A DNA stretch of 64,000 nt from Felis catus (lineage: Eukaryota), in contig NC_058368.1 of the NCBI RefSeq assembly GCF_018350175.1, positions 39,682,001 through 39,746,000 of the forward strand, written 5' to 3'. Below the pieces are notes generated by a model. That model saw only the letters and a list, made by a program, of their open reading frames with translations, was not told where the DNA came from and searched no databases. The translations under genes were made by a program, and so were the position numbers. Shown piece by piece: positions 26,821 to 40,335 of the stretch; positions within the stretch are counted from its first letter, which is position 1, and each line of letters starts with the position of its first letter.

Positions 26821-26930
26821 TGGAGGTTCCTGATTGGCTCAGTCAATAGAGCAGGTAACTCTTGCCCCCAGGGTTGTGAGTTCAAGCCCCACACTGGACA
26901 TGAAGCCTACTTAAAAAAAAAAAAAAAAAT
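26821..26930 (+). mobile_element. Short tRNA-derived carnivore SINE
   Basis: ggctcagtcaatagagcaggtaactcttg...gttgtgagttcaagccccacactgg followed by poly(A). Confidence 0.87.
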
Positions 26931-27434
26931 TAAAGGTTTCTTGAACTGGGTTTTAAAATATTTTTCCCAGAAATGAATATGCCATTTTAATATAATTTTA
27001 TCAACTCAATATCTATGGTATCATTGAACTCTGTTCTAGCTTTATTTTTTGACTATGTAACTTAGACTACATTATATATTTATATAATAGTAAAGGGTCT
27101 CCTTGGGTTTTCAGTCACCCAAGAGGCAACTCTTGTGGGTCAGGCCCTCAGTTATTTTAGAAATGGTCAGGAAATCATTCTGCACAGTTTTTTGCAGGGT
27201 ATCTGGGGTACCTGAAAATCCCTAGAAATTGAAAGTTTTGGTTAAAACAATATATGGTAGTTCAAAACTGATGACCAAGAACATAGCACTACTAAGAATA
27301 ACCTGTCAAAGAAAGAAAAATTATTACTGGGATGTGACAAGGAAATTTCAATGTGCACAAAGAAAATTCAAGAATCTACATTGATTCCAGTGTGTGATTC
27401 TGTAAAGGAAGAAAAATCTTCTAGAAATAACTGA

Positions 27435-27700
27435 AATCATTATACATCTATTTGTCCAAAGCTATAAATGTTCAACACCAAGAGTGAACTCCTTGGTAAA
27501 TTATGGATTTTGGGTGATTTTGATGTGTCCATGTCAGTTTATCCTTGGGAAAATAATAAAAGTACCACTCTGGTGAGTGATGTTGATAATGGAAGGGGTT
27601 ATATAAATGTGGTGCCAGGGAGTATATGGGAACTCTCTGTAACTCCTTAATTTTGTTGTAAACCTAAAACTTCTGGAAAAAAATCATCTTTAAAAATTTA
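27435..27700 (+). mobile_element. L1MC-like 3' end
   Basis: caacaccaagagtgaac...gatgttgataatggaagggg...tatgggaactctctgta...gtaaacctaaaact. Confidence 0.8.
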
Positions 27701-27774
27701 CTGAACATCTTATAGTTAAAAACTCAAAACTCTATTTCAGTGGCTCTAGAAAAACTACTTCTGATACATAAGTT

Positions 27775-27846
27775 TCCTAATCATAGTTTCCATAGATGTT
27801 AAGACAAATATCCTAATCATAGTTTCCATAGATGTTAAGACAAATA
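27775..27846. repeat. Perfect 36-bp tandem duplication
   Basis: tcctaatcatagtttccatagatgttaagacaaata occurs twice in tandem. Confidence 0.95.
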
Positions 27847-27966
27847 TATAGTTAAAAATTTGTCTACACTGATGTTTTTATACCTTTTGATCATTTTTTT
27901 TCAAATATCTTTTGATTCTTAAGCAAATCAGGACAGAAAAAGAAACAGATGTTTAAGAATTACCTG

Positions 27967-28633
27967 TGATAGGGAATCACAATTAGAAATAAAATCTTCT
28001 CCCAATTAAGAAAATTTCTCCATAAACGTAGTAGACAAAGAAAACTGTGTTATTGAAAAAGCATTAAACCAGAGTGTCATGCACATTACAGGCAAACCAC
28101 TAAGAGATTGCAAAGACAGAAAGAAATCTCACCATTTTATATAGCTTAGGAGAGCAAACCCATTACACACATATTCTCAAGATAAACAATAACCAGTCTT
28201 CATGTAAGAGGATTTGACAGGACCATTTGTCACACAGATTCGTCCTAGATTTACCTGGTAAAAGGGATTATGTTCTGTGTTAGCCAATTGGGTTCGTACA
28301 CAGGAAAAACATATTTCTGGTATCTTTAAGACAGGAGATGGTTTTGCAATCTGGAACAAAGTGCCCACTGAAGTCGGGTTTCTATCCAATCAGAGAAACA
28401 TGGAGATAGGGGTGCTATCATCCTTGATGCTTACATTTCAGTGAGATGGTTCCTGAGTCCTCAAGAAAGGCATTCCTGGGTCATAAAGCAGTCAAAAGTC
28501 CTATGTAGTCTTCAAAAGGATTTACATGCATTTCAACAAGAGAAGTGTTTCCAATTATAAACTTTCTAATTCTTCCTTAATTTCAACAGGGAGAATTAAG
28601 CCTCTTCTTTTTTAATTTGTATTTTTCCTTACA
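27967..28633 (-). mobile_element. ERV1-class solo LTR
   Basis: The minus strand runs TGtaaggaaaaat...ccctatCA with a tatataaaa TATA-like motif and a downstream aataac. The body resembles MER34/MER39-group LTRs. Confidence 0.7.
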
Positions 28634-28691
28634 TCTAAAATATAATATTGTCTAGGATTTAATGAAATTTCTTCTCCTAAAATAAATTCAT

Positions 28692-28903
28692 GGGGTGCTT
28701 GGGTGGTGCAGTCAGTTAAGCATCCGACTCTTGATCTGGGTTCAGGTCATGATTTCACAGTTCGTGAGTTCAAGCCCTACATCTGTGCCATCAGCACAGA
28801 GCCTGCTTGGGATTCTGTCTCCCCTTCTCTCTGCCCCTCCTCCACTTATGCGCACTCTCTTTCACTCTCAAAATAAATAAATAAACTAAAAAAATTAAAA
28901 ATA
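28692..28903 (+). mobile_element. Carnivore SINE (SINEC)
   Basis: TSD aaaataaattcat on both sides. Confidence 0.93.
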
Positions 28904-29072
28904 AAATAAATTCATAAGGATTATGTCATATAAGATTTAGAAGACAGGTAGAACCCAAACAAAGGAAGCAGCAACACTGACATGATGATATACCCACAAA
29001 AAACTATTTCCAGAGAAATTAACAACTACCTTAGTTAAATGATGACACTGTTAGATATCTAAAAATATGACA

Positions 29073-29152
29073 GAAAAGAAAAAAAGAAAAAAAGAAAAAG
29101 AAAAAAAAAATTAAAAAAATTAAAAAATTAAAAAAAAATAAAATAAAAAAAA
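29073..29152 (+). mobile_element. Orphan poly(A) retro-insertion with TSD
   Basis: An A-rich tract of about 80 bp is flanked by taaaaatatgaca at 29060-29072 and 29153-29165. Confidence 0.75.
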
Positions 29153-29865
29153 TAAAAATATGACACTTCAGTATCAGAATGGGCATGATTTTATTTCCAA
29201 AATTATTCCCTACAAGAGTGTAAGGAGGAGTTATGTCAACATGGTTTTCCATATAAATTCTGTAAAAGATGATTTTATTGAAAACTTAAGTTTTATAAAG
29301 CAAGTCATAAGAAATGACTCTAAGAGCTTTAATCATCCCAAGGCATACCTGCCAAATGTCATTTTGTCCATTGAATATTTTGTTTTCTCAAAGCAAGCTA
29401 TAATCTCTAATCAGGGACTTTCATCATGGTCAAAATATTTTTTATTCATGCCTTAAGTGTGTGGCTGTGTTCAACTTGAAAACCACCTAACAAAACCTTT
29501 CAAAGACTTTGAAACCCTTGTTTCAGAAAAGTTCTTGTTCCCCCAGCTACTCAGTATTTATAATTTGTCATTCATCTAAATAAATAGCAAATAATAGATA
29601 GAATAAATTCTAATATTTATAACCAATAACAATAAAACAATTTTTATAGTCTGGGAAATTTGGAGCATATGCAGTTCTCATTATATTAGTTTTAAAACTC
29701 AGTGCTGTGAGATGCATGGGTAATTTAAGGATGGAATGCTCAATGTTCATCTCATCAGAAGCAATAAAAGAAAGTCCAGGAAAACTTCAAAAAAGAATAT
29801 ATAGTATTTTTTTACAGTTACAGGGAGGTTCTCTCTGACAAAAGTGATTCACAAAGAGGTTTTTA

Positions 29866-30220
29866 TTCAGCCATAATCAAAAGAATGAAATCTTACCATT
29901 TGCAATGAAGTGGATGAATCTAGAATGTATTATGCTAAGCAAAATAAGTCAGTCAAAGAAAGATAAATACCATATGATTTCATTCATATGTGGAATCAAG
30001 AAATAACAGATGAACTAAGGGGGAAAAAGAGGCAAATCATGAAACAGACTCTTAACTATGGAGAACAAACAGGGTTTCTGGAGGAGAGGTGGGCAGGGAA
30101 TGGGTTAAAAGTGTGATGGTTATTAAGGATGAGTCTTGGGTGTTATATGGAAGTTATGAATCGCTGAATTCTAATCCTGAAACCAATATTGCACTGTATG
30201 TTAACTAACTAAAATTTAAA

Positions 30221-30225
<5 letters not shown>
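29866..30225 (+). mobile_element. Carnivore L1 3' end, 5'-truncated
   Basis: aagaatgaaatcttaccatttgcaa...tatgctaagcaaaataagtcag...gcactgtatgttaactaac. Confidence 0.92.
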
Positions 30226-30249
<24 letters not shown>

Positions 30250-30254
<5 letters not shown>

Positions 30255-30625
30255 AAGCCCCAAATGGGGTCATTTGTGCCAAAACTTGTCACCAAATCAC
30301 GAAATAATATCTAACCCAATTGCAGTTCCAGAGTTCCAGCCTCTCCCACAAGTCTAATCTTAACCAGTCAGTCTGTAATTTCCTGGTCAATACCAGTGAA
30401 GTAATCCACTTGATAGACCCCTCATTTTCCCCTAAGGAAGGTGACCTTGCCTGAAATACTCTACTCTTTGTCCTGCCTCCTTCTGCCTAAAAAAGTCTTC
30501 CATTTTGTGAGGCTCCTCAGAGCTCCTTTTCTATGTGCTAGATGGGATGCTACCTGAATTATGAATCTATGAAAAAAGACAGTAAGATCTTTACAATTTA
30601 TTCAGTTGAATTTTGCTGTTTAATA
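30250..30625 (+). mobile_element. ERV1-class solo LTR (same family as 11539-11934)
   Basis: Shared blocks aatatctaacccaattgcagtt, aaggaaggtgaccttgcctgaaata and cttccattttgt; ends tgaattttgctgtttaata. Confidence 0.8.
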
Positions 30626-30889
30626 CACTACTTGAGTGATTGGTGTGAATGAACCCAAAACCACCTTTATGCTTCTCTTTAGTTGGCATAAAAAGCAGGG
30701 ATGTAATGAGCACTTCAAGATAGCTGAGTAGTTCCTGTTGACTATCAAGCAAGGAGGAAATTCAGTGTTTGAATGAACAATAACAACTAAGTGGTAGTTC
30801 CCAATGTTTCTAAAATACAACAGAGACAAAATAAACTTAAAAGTTACTAAATGATTAAATAGTTGCAACTTCAAAAATCTAATATAATG

Positions 30890-31130
30890 AGGAGTGCCTG
30901 GGTGGCTCAGTGAGTCATCCTGACTCTGGATTTGGGTCAGGTCATGACCTTATGGGTTCATGAGTTTGAACCCTGCATTGAGCTCATCACTGGCAGCATG
31001 GAGCCTGCTTGGGATTCTCTTTCTCACTCTCTCTCTTCCTCTCCCCTGTTCAAACTCTCTGTCTCTCTCTTTCATTCTAATATAATAATCTAAGCTAAGC
31101 TAAGATAAAATAAACTAAACTAATCTAAAA
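30890..31130 (+). mobile_element. Carnivore SINE (older SINEC)
   Basis: gtgcctgggtggctcagtgag...gagcctgcttgggattctct followed by a CT tract. Confidence 0.88.
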
Positions 31131-31879
31131 AAATTAAGTTCTTTTAAATTTGGTTCAGTTAATTAGCATTAGTACACCAGTGAATCATTGAACTCTCATT
31201 ACTGCCCACCTTCCCTTTTCTTTTTCTTCCTTTTAGTGGGTGAATCACTTCCCAGGACAATATTTATTTTTCTACCAGTGTATTAGAGGGATGTAAGGGG
31301 ACATTTCTCTTCTCTGTTTTACTTCTAAACTTTTAGTTTTAGATGCTTCTGATTTGATTTGTAGTGGTTTTTACATGACTAATGATTACCTGGAACTAAA
31401 AGCTACATCATCACAGATTCCCCACATACTCAAGCCCATGAATTTACCTCACCTCATACTCTGAAATAATCACTCATTTTTTTCCTGGCCTGTTAATTTG
31501 ATTTTCTTCTATGTATGATTATTACTTTTGATGTCAATGGCTTTCCTAATTTTCATCTTTATCAATACTTATTGAATGGTAACAATTCATCTATTTCCAT
31601 ATCATGTAAGTAGTGTTAAATTATTTAAACAAGGAGGCTGTTGAACAGAAGTAGCTCTAATGCAGTGGTAGCCTACATAAGCAAACCAAAATCTAAGCCT
31701 GTAAATGCCTCAAGATTATGAAATCAAACCTAAGAACAACAAATCACAAGTACCCAACTAGGCTTTAAGCTATAGCCAATGAAACAATTATCAAATGATA
31801 ACTCAATTTACTTCCTAGCTGCCATTTTTGGTTCTCAAGACCTACTGGTCATCCACATGTTACACAGGATTTTAACTTT

Positions 31880-32099
31880 TACATTTTTTTTCAACGTTTA
31901 TTTATTTATTTTTTGGGACAGAGAGAGACAGAGCATGAACGGGGGAGGGGCAGAGAGAGAGGGAGACACAGAATCGGAAACAGGCTCCAGGCTCTGAGCC
32001 ATCAGCCCAGAGCCTGACGCGGGGCTCGAACTCACGGACCGCAAGATTGTGACCTGGCTGAAGTCGGACGCTTAACCGATTGCGCCACCCAGGCGCCCC
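31880..32099 (-). mobile_element. Young felid SINE (SINEC_Fc)
   Basis: CpG-rich; perfect TSD acaggattttaacttt at 31864-31879 and 32100-32115. Confidence 0.97.
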
Positions 32100-32524
32100 A
32101 CAGGATTTTAACTTTGATAAGATAATTGCTTTTGTAAAATAAAACTACAAACAATTCCAAAGATAGATCATTCTCAAATATTTTAATAATAGTGAAGTCC
32201 TCTTTTTTAACAGCCTGAAGGAAAATGAAAAAGCATGAGAAAAGGTTATTTTAAAAAAGGAAAAGATCTCTCTATATTTTTTCTAAGTAGCTGTATTCAG
32301 TTAAGACCTATAGGCTAAGCAAACCACATGTGTTACTGCAGTTACCCTCAAAATTAACACTTTGATTTGGGTACCAATGAGGAAACTAATACTCAAAAAT
32401 TTTAGGCAAATTTTGTAAGTTCTTTTACAGAGGAAAAAAAAAGGAAGATCCAAAATCATGGATGTCAAATCAATGTCCTATACACTCTCTTAAACTATAT
32501 CAAAAAGTGAATAAAATTTTCAAG

Positions 32525-33643
32525 TATAAAACTCTTAGAAGAAAATGTAGGGGAAAAGAAATTTCAGTTGCTTTGAAAATGGCCATACAAACATTTTTCT
32601 AGATGTGTCTCCTTTGGCAAGGGAAACAAAAGCAAAATTCAACTATTGGGACCACACAAAAATTAAAAGCTTTTGCAAAGCAAATGAAACCATCAGCAAA
32701 GCAAAGAGGCAACCCACTAAATGGAAGAATATATTTGTAAATGATATATCTGATAAGGGGTTAAGTTCCAAAATAAAAAGAACTTATATAACCCAACACC
32801 AAAATCATCACCATCATCATCATCTGATTAAAAATGGGCAGAGGACATGAATTGACATTTCTCCAAAGAAGACATACAGATGGCCAAAAGACACATGAAA
32901 AGACGTTCAACATCACCCATCAACGGGGAAATTCAAATTGTACCACGAGATATCCCCTTAAACAAGTCAGAATGGCTAAAATCAAAAGAACAAGAAATAA
33001 CAAGTGTGGGTGAGGTTGTGAGAAAAAGGAATCCTCATAACTGCTGGTTTATGGAATGCAAATTGGTACAGCCACTGTAGAAAACAATATGGATGTTCCT
33101 CAAAAAATAAAAATAGAATTACCATATGATCTAGTAATTACTGAGTATTTACTCAAAGAAATGAAAACACTAATCTGAAAAGATACACACACCCCTATGT
33201 TTATTGCAGCATTATTTATAATAGCCAAGATATGGAAGCAATCCAAGTGTCCCCTGATAGATGATAGATGAATGGATAAAAAAAATGGTGGTATATATAT
33301 AATGGAATATTACTCAGCCATAACAAAAACAAGATCTTGCCATTTGCAACAACATGCATGGACCTAGAGGGTAAAATGCTAAGTGAAATAAGTCAATGAG
33401 AGAAAAACAAATACCGTATGATTTCATTTATATGTGGAATTTAAGAAAAAAAAAACAATTGAACAAAGAAAATAAAAGAGACAAACAAAAAAGCAGACTC
33501 GAATACAGAGAACAAACTGGTGGTTGCCAGAGGGAAAGTGGTGGGGGGGATGGGTGAAATAGATAGAGGACTCATTGTATTCTATACCTGAAACTAACAT
33601 AACACTGTATGTTAATTATATTTCAATAAAAAAAAGAAAAAAA
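32525..33643 (+). mobile_element. Carnivore L1 3' ~1.1 kb (ORF2 C-terminus, 3' UTR, A tail)
   Basis: ORF-track peptides MSPLARETKAKFNYWDHTKIKSFCKANETISKAKRQPTKWKNIF and [12 protein letters not shown] match L1 ORF2p. aataaa and an A tail lie at 33625-33643. Confidence 0.95.
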
Positions 33644-34463
33644 TGCTCTATCAGTTCTTAGCAGAATGACATAGGATAAATTCTCTGATCTTCAGCTTCT
33701 TGTGATTTTGTAATATGGAAATCCTGTTATATGGAAATAATGCTACTGATAATTGGTATATAATAGATGAGGAAACAAATTTCCTCACTCTTCTCAATAG
33801 TTTAATAAACTGACAGCTATTCAAGGGTGTTAAATTGTATATATGACGTTTGTTAAACTTGATAAAGTGTTAAGTAAGCAGATAGGCTTTGGTGGGGACA
33901 GTTTAGTATCTAGACAGTTGCATAAACAAGATGTAGAAATAAAAAATTCAAGTATATATATCTTTACAAGTCCAACATTGTCCTTTAGTATACCTTTATC
34001 TGTTTTCTTATGTTTGTTTTAACCAGTGTAGAGTAGTAGAAAAGCAAGTTGGGGAATGGGGTAAGGTGTAAGCAGATCATGGAAAGCAATGATGAAACAT
34101 ATTCTAATAGTTAATGGTGTAGACGTAAAGGTGGGACATAATGTCTTAACATGAACTTTTTGTAACTAACAAAATGGGTGATATGATAACTGGGAAAGTT
34201 TGGGGCCAGGAAAAGTTTAATAAGAGATCTCCACTTTCTCAAATATCCTCCTCAACAGCTATGAGGTTTGAGATTACAGTTCGGCAGAAGAAAAAAATTT
34301 TGAGGCTGCACCCAGCTGAAAATATGAAACAGCTCATTTTCTTTTTCCAAAAGATTATTTTAAAAATCTACTACATAGGGAAAATGAAACAACGAAACAA
34401 CCTTTGTCTAGACAAAGGATCCAGCACATGTACATTCCAGGCTCTATTCTGTTACTTACTTAC

Positions 34464-34494
<31 letters not shown>

Positions 34495-34757
34495 TTATAG
34501 TATCTATTTATTTTTTTCAGATACTACTTACTTTTTTATGCTGTGCTTCTGAACAGATTGTTGGTTTCAGTATAGCTGAGATGTTAATCACTTGCTGGCA
34601 CACTGAAAGTGCTCAACAAACAGTCGTTAACTGATGGACTGAGAAACTTCTATGCCAATCTAGAGTTTATTACATATGACCTCTTTTGGGTCTGGAATAG
34701 ACTTGAATAAGGGAAACATCAGACACCATTTCCTAAATAACCATAATTAATTTGAAG

Positions 34758-34758
<1 letters not shown>

Positions 34759-34794
<36 letters not shown>
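34759..34794. repeat. (CA)n microsatellite
   Basis: Direct CA run. Confidence 0.95.
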
Positions 34795-34796
<2 letters not shown>

Positions 34797-35138
34797 CATA
34801 TTCCCAACTTGACATCATGAATCTATGACATAATTCCCATTTGATGCCAAAGGGAAACACTCTGCCTGTCTCCTTTTAGGAGACTGCCTCAGTAAAGCAC
34901 CTACCCTCATCCAGAAACTGGGATATAACTGGGCTATATATTCCTTGATGACCACATTTCAGAGAGATTCCTCTAAAGTCTTTGAAAATATATTTTGGGT
35001 TATAAAATTGGCAAACGGCTTTTTAAAAGATTTACACCTCAAAGGGATGGAGAAAGAACTCAAAAGTTTTCTAAAGTAAATGCTCTAAGAAAAGGGATGT
35101 AGGAGCTTAAAGTCAGAAGACTAAGATTTAGTCAAGCT

Positions 35139-35373
35139 GGGGTGCCTGGGTGGCTCAGTTGATTAAGCGTCTGACTCTCGATTTCAGTTCAGGTCTTGAT
35201 ATCTCAGTTCATGGGATCAAACCCCTCACTGGGCTCTGCACTGACAGCATGGAGCCTGCCTGGGATTCTCTCTCTTCATCTCTCTCTGCCCCTCCCACAC
35301 TGGTGTTCTCTCTCCTTCTCTCTCTCAAAAACAAAAACATATTTATTTAAAAAAATAAAAATAAAATAATAAA
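35139..35373 (+). mobile_element. Carnivore SINE (SINEC)
   Basis: TSD atttagtcaag(c/t)tg flanks the element. Confidence 0.93.
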
Positions 35374-35400
35374 ATTTAGTCAAGTTGAGGGAAATGTTAA

Positions 35401-35444
35401 GGTCAATAGACATAAACCACTTGGTCAATAGACATAAACCACTT
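35401..35444. repeat. Perfect 22-bp tandem duplication
   Basis: ggtcaatagacataaaccactt occurs twice in tandem. Confidence 0.95.
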
Positions 35445-36018
35445 ACAAAAAATCAACTAGAATCCATAAAACCATACAAGTTTGCAGGCAAATAAAAAAG
35501 TTCATAAAAAGTATATTTAAATTTTCGTTAGTTCTATGACCTATTTCTTATCAAGTGCATTTTGATTTCTTTCAAACTCAGAGAAACTGAAATTATACCT
35601 TCTAACACAATATAAATGACTTATCACTAGTTTGAAATTGATTATATTTCACATTGGGAACAATTTAAATCTAAAAGGACAAAGTATCATGTTTAACGTT
35701 GAACCTTGCCCTATAGTATGATTGAAATTAATAAAAAAAATCAGACTTTTTGTCTAATGAACTGTGAATAATGAAGTTTTATTAAAATGCCTAATTTGTT
35801 TAGGCACCTGCATTGCCTAGTTACCCAATTATTCTGGCAAAATTACAAATGAAGAAAGTTGAATTTGTTAAATTAAGGAGGTCATTGAAGTAATTAAGAC
35901 TGGTGAAGCATATTATTAATACTTTACAGGGGAAGGTAGTAATGCAAAATGTACCTGTTCCCTTATGTTCAGGCTTGTATTCGAAATGGAATTTATTTAC
36001 TTAAGACCTCAGAAAATA

Positions 36019-36031
36019 GTGTGTGTGTGGG

Positions 36032-36079
<48 letters not shown>

Positions 36080-36088
36080 TGTGTGTGT
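36019..36088. repeat. (TG)n microsatellite, interrupted
   Basis: Direct TG run. Confidence 0.95.
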
Positions 36089-39000
36089 TAGGTCATTATT
36101 AAGACTACAACTAAGACATTAAACAAGAAAATAATTTGGGGCTTATTCCATTTTGTGAAGTGAAACAATGGCTTATTAATAAGTAGAAATTAGCACAAAT
36201 AGAGATACGAATGTGTGATAACTTTTAATTTAAAACAGACACCTAAATGAAAAATATCACCAAAAATAATTCATTTAAGAATATTAGCATTAGTCATCCC
36301 AATTTCCCTTTTTAATTAGCTAATATGCCTGAGAGAAAGGGAAAAAGACATATAATGAAAGTGCTAAGGTAGTGTATATAGAAAAAAAGGGCTGAAGAGT
36401 AGGAGATAAGAGAAATGAATAACAATACATAAGTACTTTAGGTGCAAATCATGAAATTCACTTCAATTTGCATCACAGGAATTTGAGTAAACATTTCTTG
36501 TAGTATAAACTACTAATAACTACCATATATCTCATAAAATTATGTTAAAATATGAATTTCTCAATTACTTCATGTTTTGAAGTATATTTCTAGTTCAAGT
36601 GAACTTAAATATTTATAAGTGAATGACAGACAATTTTTCTTCCACTACAACATGGGAACAGGAGAACTGTAGAAACTAAGGTCTCATTTATCACTTTGCT
36701 CCCGAAAGCAGATTATGGATATTGATAGAGTTGTATCAGAGTCAGAGAAATCCTTTTACCCTGTTTCCCCAAGGTACACTCTCAAATAATCCAATGTGTT
36801 ATAGAGGGTTTTCCCATAATCTGAAATATGTGAAAATGATTTTGTCTATTAAACACAACCACACAGCTGAAAAATTGAACCCACCAACCCAATTTACTTA
36901 TTTACCTCAAACTTTGAAGCTGTGTTTTTAATAAACTTAAACTTAGTTGTCAAATTGGCTGCCCACCTATATAGACTAACATGGTATTTTCTGGTCCTAT
37001 CTTCTAGCGTGTCAGGTAAGTAAGTGTACCAACTTCTCTTCTTCCTCTTTTTTTTTCCCTAAAGGAATTTCCTCTGTCTTTCTCTTGTCTTTTTTTTTTC
37101 CAGTTTTATACCCAACTCCATTATGAAGTCAATGATATGATTTATTTTACATATCTTTATTGACTCTGCTCTACATAAAAGTGTGATAATCACTAAAGAA
37201 ATAAGCATGCATAAGACAAGGTCTTATCATTGAAAATCCCTCAGACAAGAATGAGACAGTGTAAGGAATGAGTATGTATCTGGGTTTGAAGGTTATACAA
37301 TTTTGAGGATGCTCTTTAAGAAAAATGTCACAGGATACAAATAAAAAACCACGTATAGGCACTTCAAGGAGACTATGCAAGTGAGGGGTTCTGGGTCTTA
37401 AGTTTCACTTGTGTTATGGTAAAATCCACTACTGTTAGCATTATAATGATGATATATACAAAGTACTATGGGAATGCAACTGGTCAGATTGTTTTCTCAT
37501 ATACTGTTACCATCTTCTTAAATGTTAGAGAAAGAAGTCTATTTCTGCCACCTATGGGAGTCAACTGAGATCTGATTAAAGTAAAATCTGAGCTAAGGCT
37601 GGCAAATGAGAAGCAGTTCACCAATTAGAATAAGTGGGAAGGCAAACATTTCAGACAGCAAGAGACAAACAAATGACAAAAAGAGAGGAATTTGCACCTT
37701 TTTAAAAACTGCAACTATACACAGCATGGTTGCATCATGAATGTTCGAACAAGAAAACAAGAAAAATATGTATAGGCTGGACACTAGCCTGTTATCACTA
37801 AGAGAAGACTTTGGTTTTTGTTTGCCATGCTAAGTACAATTACTATATATTTTAAAGCAGTGAAATGCTTAACTAGGCAGTTGTAGATCTTTTTTTGTAA
37901 ACATCTCTAATTAAAATGACATGTCACTCACCATAGTTTTTGAGTAAAAACTTATAGTTCATGCTGTGTGATATACAAACCATTTATTGTTCATATACTT
38001 ATTATGGAACGTAGAAAAGATAAAAAATACCATTAACACTCATATTAGTTTACATATTAAATATAAATCATGTAGAGAACATTATTTGTTCAGTGACTAG
38101 ATATCATTAAATCACAATGAAAATATTTATATTGCCATCCAATTTTTCCCCATTTATATATGTACTTCCGTTTGCTCTGGAGAAAACTGCCAGGCTAATG
38201 ACATTTAGAGTGATGACAGAATCATCTGTCAGCCTTCTCTGTAATTCTCTCCGGGCCCTGGCAGACAAATACATTTTCACATGCTATAAAAAATTAAGTA
38301 CCAAAACAATATAAAAATAACTTTAAGGGTCTGATAAAATAGGCTAAAGCAAGGACATTGAAAGTTAATGCTTCCCTTTCTGCCTAAACTTGCCTTATTC
38401 AATTTCACAGATTTTATAAAATGTAATAATTCTTAAAAACCTACAGAGGGCAAAGAGAGACTAGTTCTTTTAAAGGAAGATATAAATAATGTTCTAAATG
38501 TAATTGTGAATCATCTAGATGACTCCAAATATATTTGTCTTATCATTTAGGATGGTTCCCGCTGAAGGTAACCAAAACCCAACACAAAGTGGCTTAAATT
38601 ATAAGTAGAGCTGTGGCAAGTCCTGGTTCAGTCATGGCTTTGCTGTATTTAATGACTCTTTGTTTATGATCGTGTTACTAGTATTAATGGATTTAGTATT
38701 AATATAATGGCTTCAGCAGTTTGGTTCTCCCACTTATGTCCTGACAGAAAGCCCATTAGTTCCAGTGCTCCCAGCAAGAATGGCCACATAATTTTGTGTA
38801 TGCCCAGTACTTAATCAGTGCCTGCCCAATAAAATACAACATACCTGTTCATTCAAATCAACCCTGCCCTTTCTTCCCAGCTGGGGGTGTAGTCAATGTT
38901 TTCAGGTTGCACTGAGATACATGAGGAAGGAGGATTCTTAAACAAAAAGTTGAACACTATTTAAATAGTGCAAAAGGTAAATGAATCTTGGGCAATCAAT

Positions 39001-39984
39001 TATGCTTATTGCAACTGCATAAAATTGAATGCCATTGCTTTATCTTCAGTACTCATTTATCTCCTGAAATTTTGTGATGACTCTGAATTTCTCTTCTTTT
39101 TTATTTATTTTGTCCACAAATTACTCTCCATATCTATACTGTGCTTGTTAAATAGCAAATCTGACTTACCTTCTCAATGTTTTTCAGAATGCCCTCAACT
39201 TTAGCAAAAAGTGTAAGTTCCATGGAATGGGCATCCAAAGTTTTTCATGGTATTTCTTATGACTTACTCATTGTGCCTCCTGTTCCTTTCAACTATACTT
39301 CAGAATGAACATTGCAGGATTATAAACTATATGAGTTTTTATGCTTCTTTTGTTGCAATGCACTTGCATGCTTTTGCTATAATATCTGTGATCATTATTC
39401 CACCTTTCCCTGAACTTTTAGTTCTTCCCCAATAATCACAACTAGCTTAGAGGCCTCCTTGTTCAGGAAGGCTTCCTGAATGCCAAAGGCTACAGTGTTA
39501 TCCAGACATCTATACACCTGTATAGTGTAGTTCATGGAATATTATTAGAAAAGGTCTATTAATGTGTTGTCATCTGAGGAGATCTCTGGAAGAACCGGTT
39601 CATGACTGTGAACTCAGCTCCTGACACACAGGTGCACTTAATAAATATTTGCAAAATGAAACTACAGTACATATACTAATATACTAATAGTGGCCTCATG
39701 TGCCACATTGATCCTCATTTCCTATGTCCCAGTTTTACACGATTTATTTTATGTCTTTAAAATATACTATTTCTTTTCTTTTTTTCCCTTCCTTTCTCCT
39801 GGAATTCCCTTATCATCTTACCAAGTTGACTCCAATTAACTCTTAAGGTCCCAGCCTAGAGTGTCATTGTTTTCCAGGCAGCTGTTTATGCCTCACATGT
39901 CCATGTTACGTTAGCCTGTTACACATTCATAGAATAGCCTGTGGTATCTTTCTCTTATAATACCCAGATTGAATGCATAAGGAT

Positions 39985-40335
39985 TTATTTTATTTCCTTC
40001 TTTTTAATGCTAAATCATATTTCATTGTATGTTATAGGCCATATTTTCTCTTCTGTTCATCTGTCTATAGATATTTAAGTTGCTTCCATATCTTGGCTAT
40101 GATAAGTAATGCTGCTGAACATGGGAGTGTATGTATCTCTTCAAAATACTGATTTTACCTCTTTTGGATATATATCCCAAGGTGGGACTACTGGATCATA
40201 TGGTAGTTATACTTTTAATTTTTGAGGAAACTGCATGCTGTTTTACATAGGCTAAACCCCTTTGTATTCCCACCACCAGTTTAAAGTGTTTGCATTTTCC
40301 AAGCCTTGCCAGTGCATGTTACTTCTTATCTTTTT
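39985..40335 (-). mobile_element. L1 3' fragment (L1MA-like)
   Basis: ttgcttccatatcttggctat...cttttggatatatatcccaaggtgggactactggatcatatggtag...tttttgaggaaact. Confidence 0.85.

Noticed and set aside
26821..26930. tRNA-like sequence as a tRNA gene (also 8200-8311)
   Set aside because: A poly(A) tail, flanking direct repeats and degenerate stems indicate a tRNA-derived SINE.
11539..30625. Two same-orientation LTRs as the ends of a single provirus
   Set aside because: They are about 19 kb apart and diverged, no PBS or gag/pol follows the first LTR, and the interval holds older elements (MIR, MER58-like, old L1).
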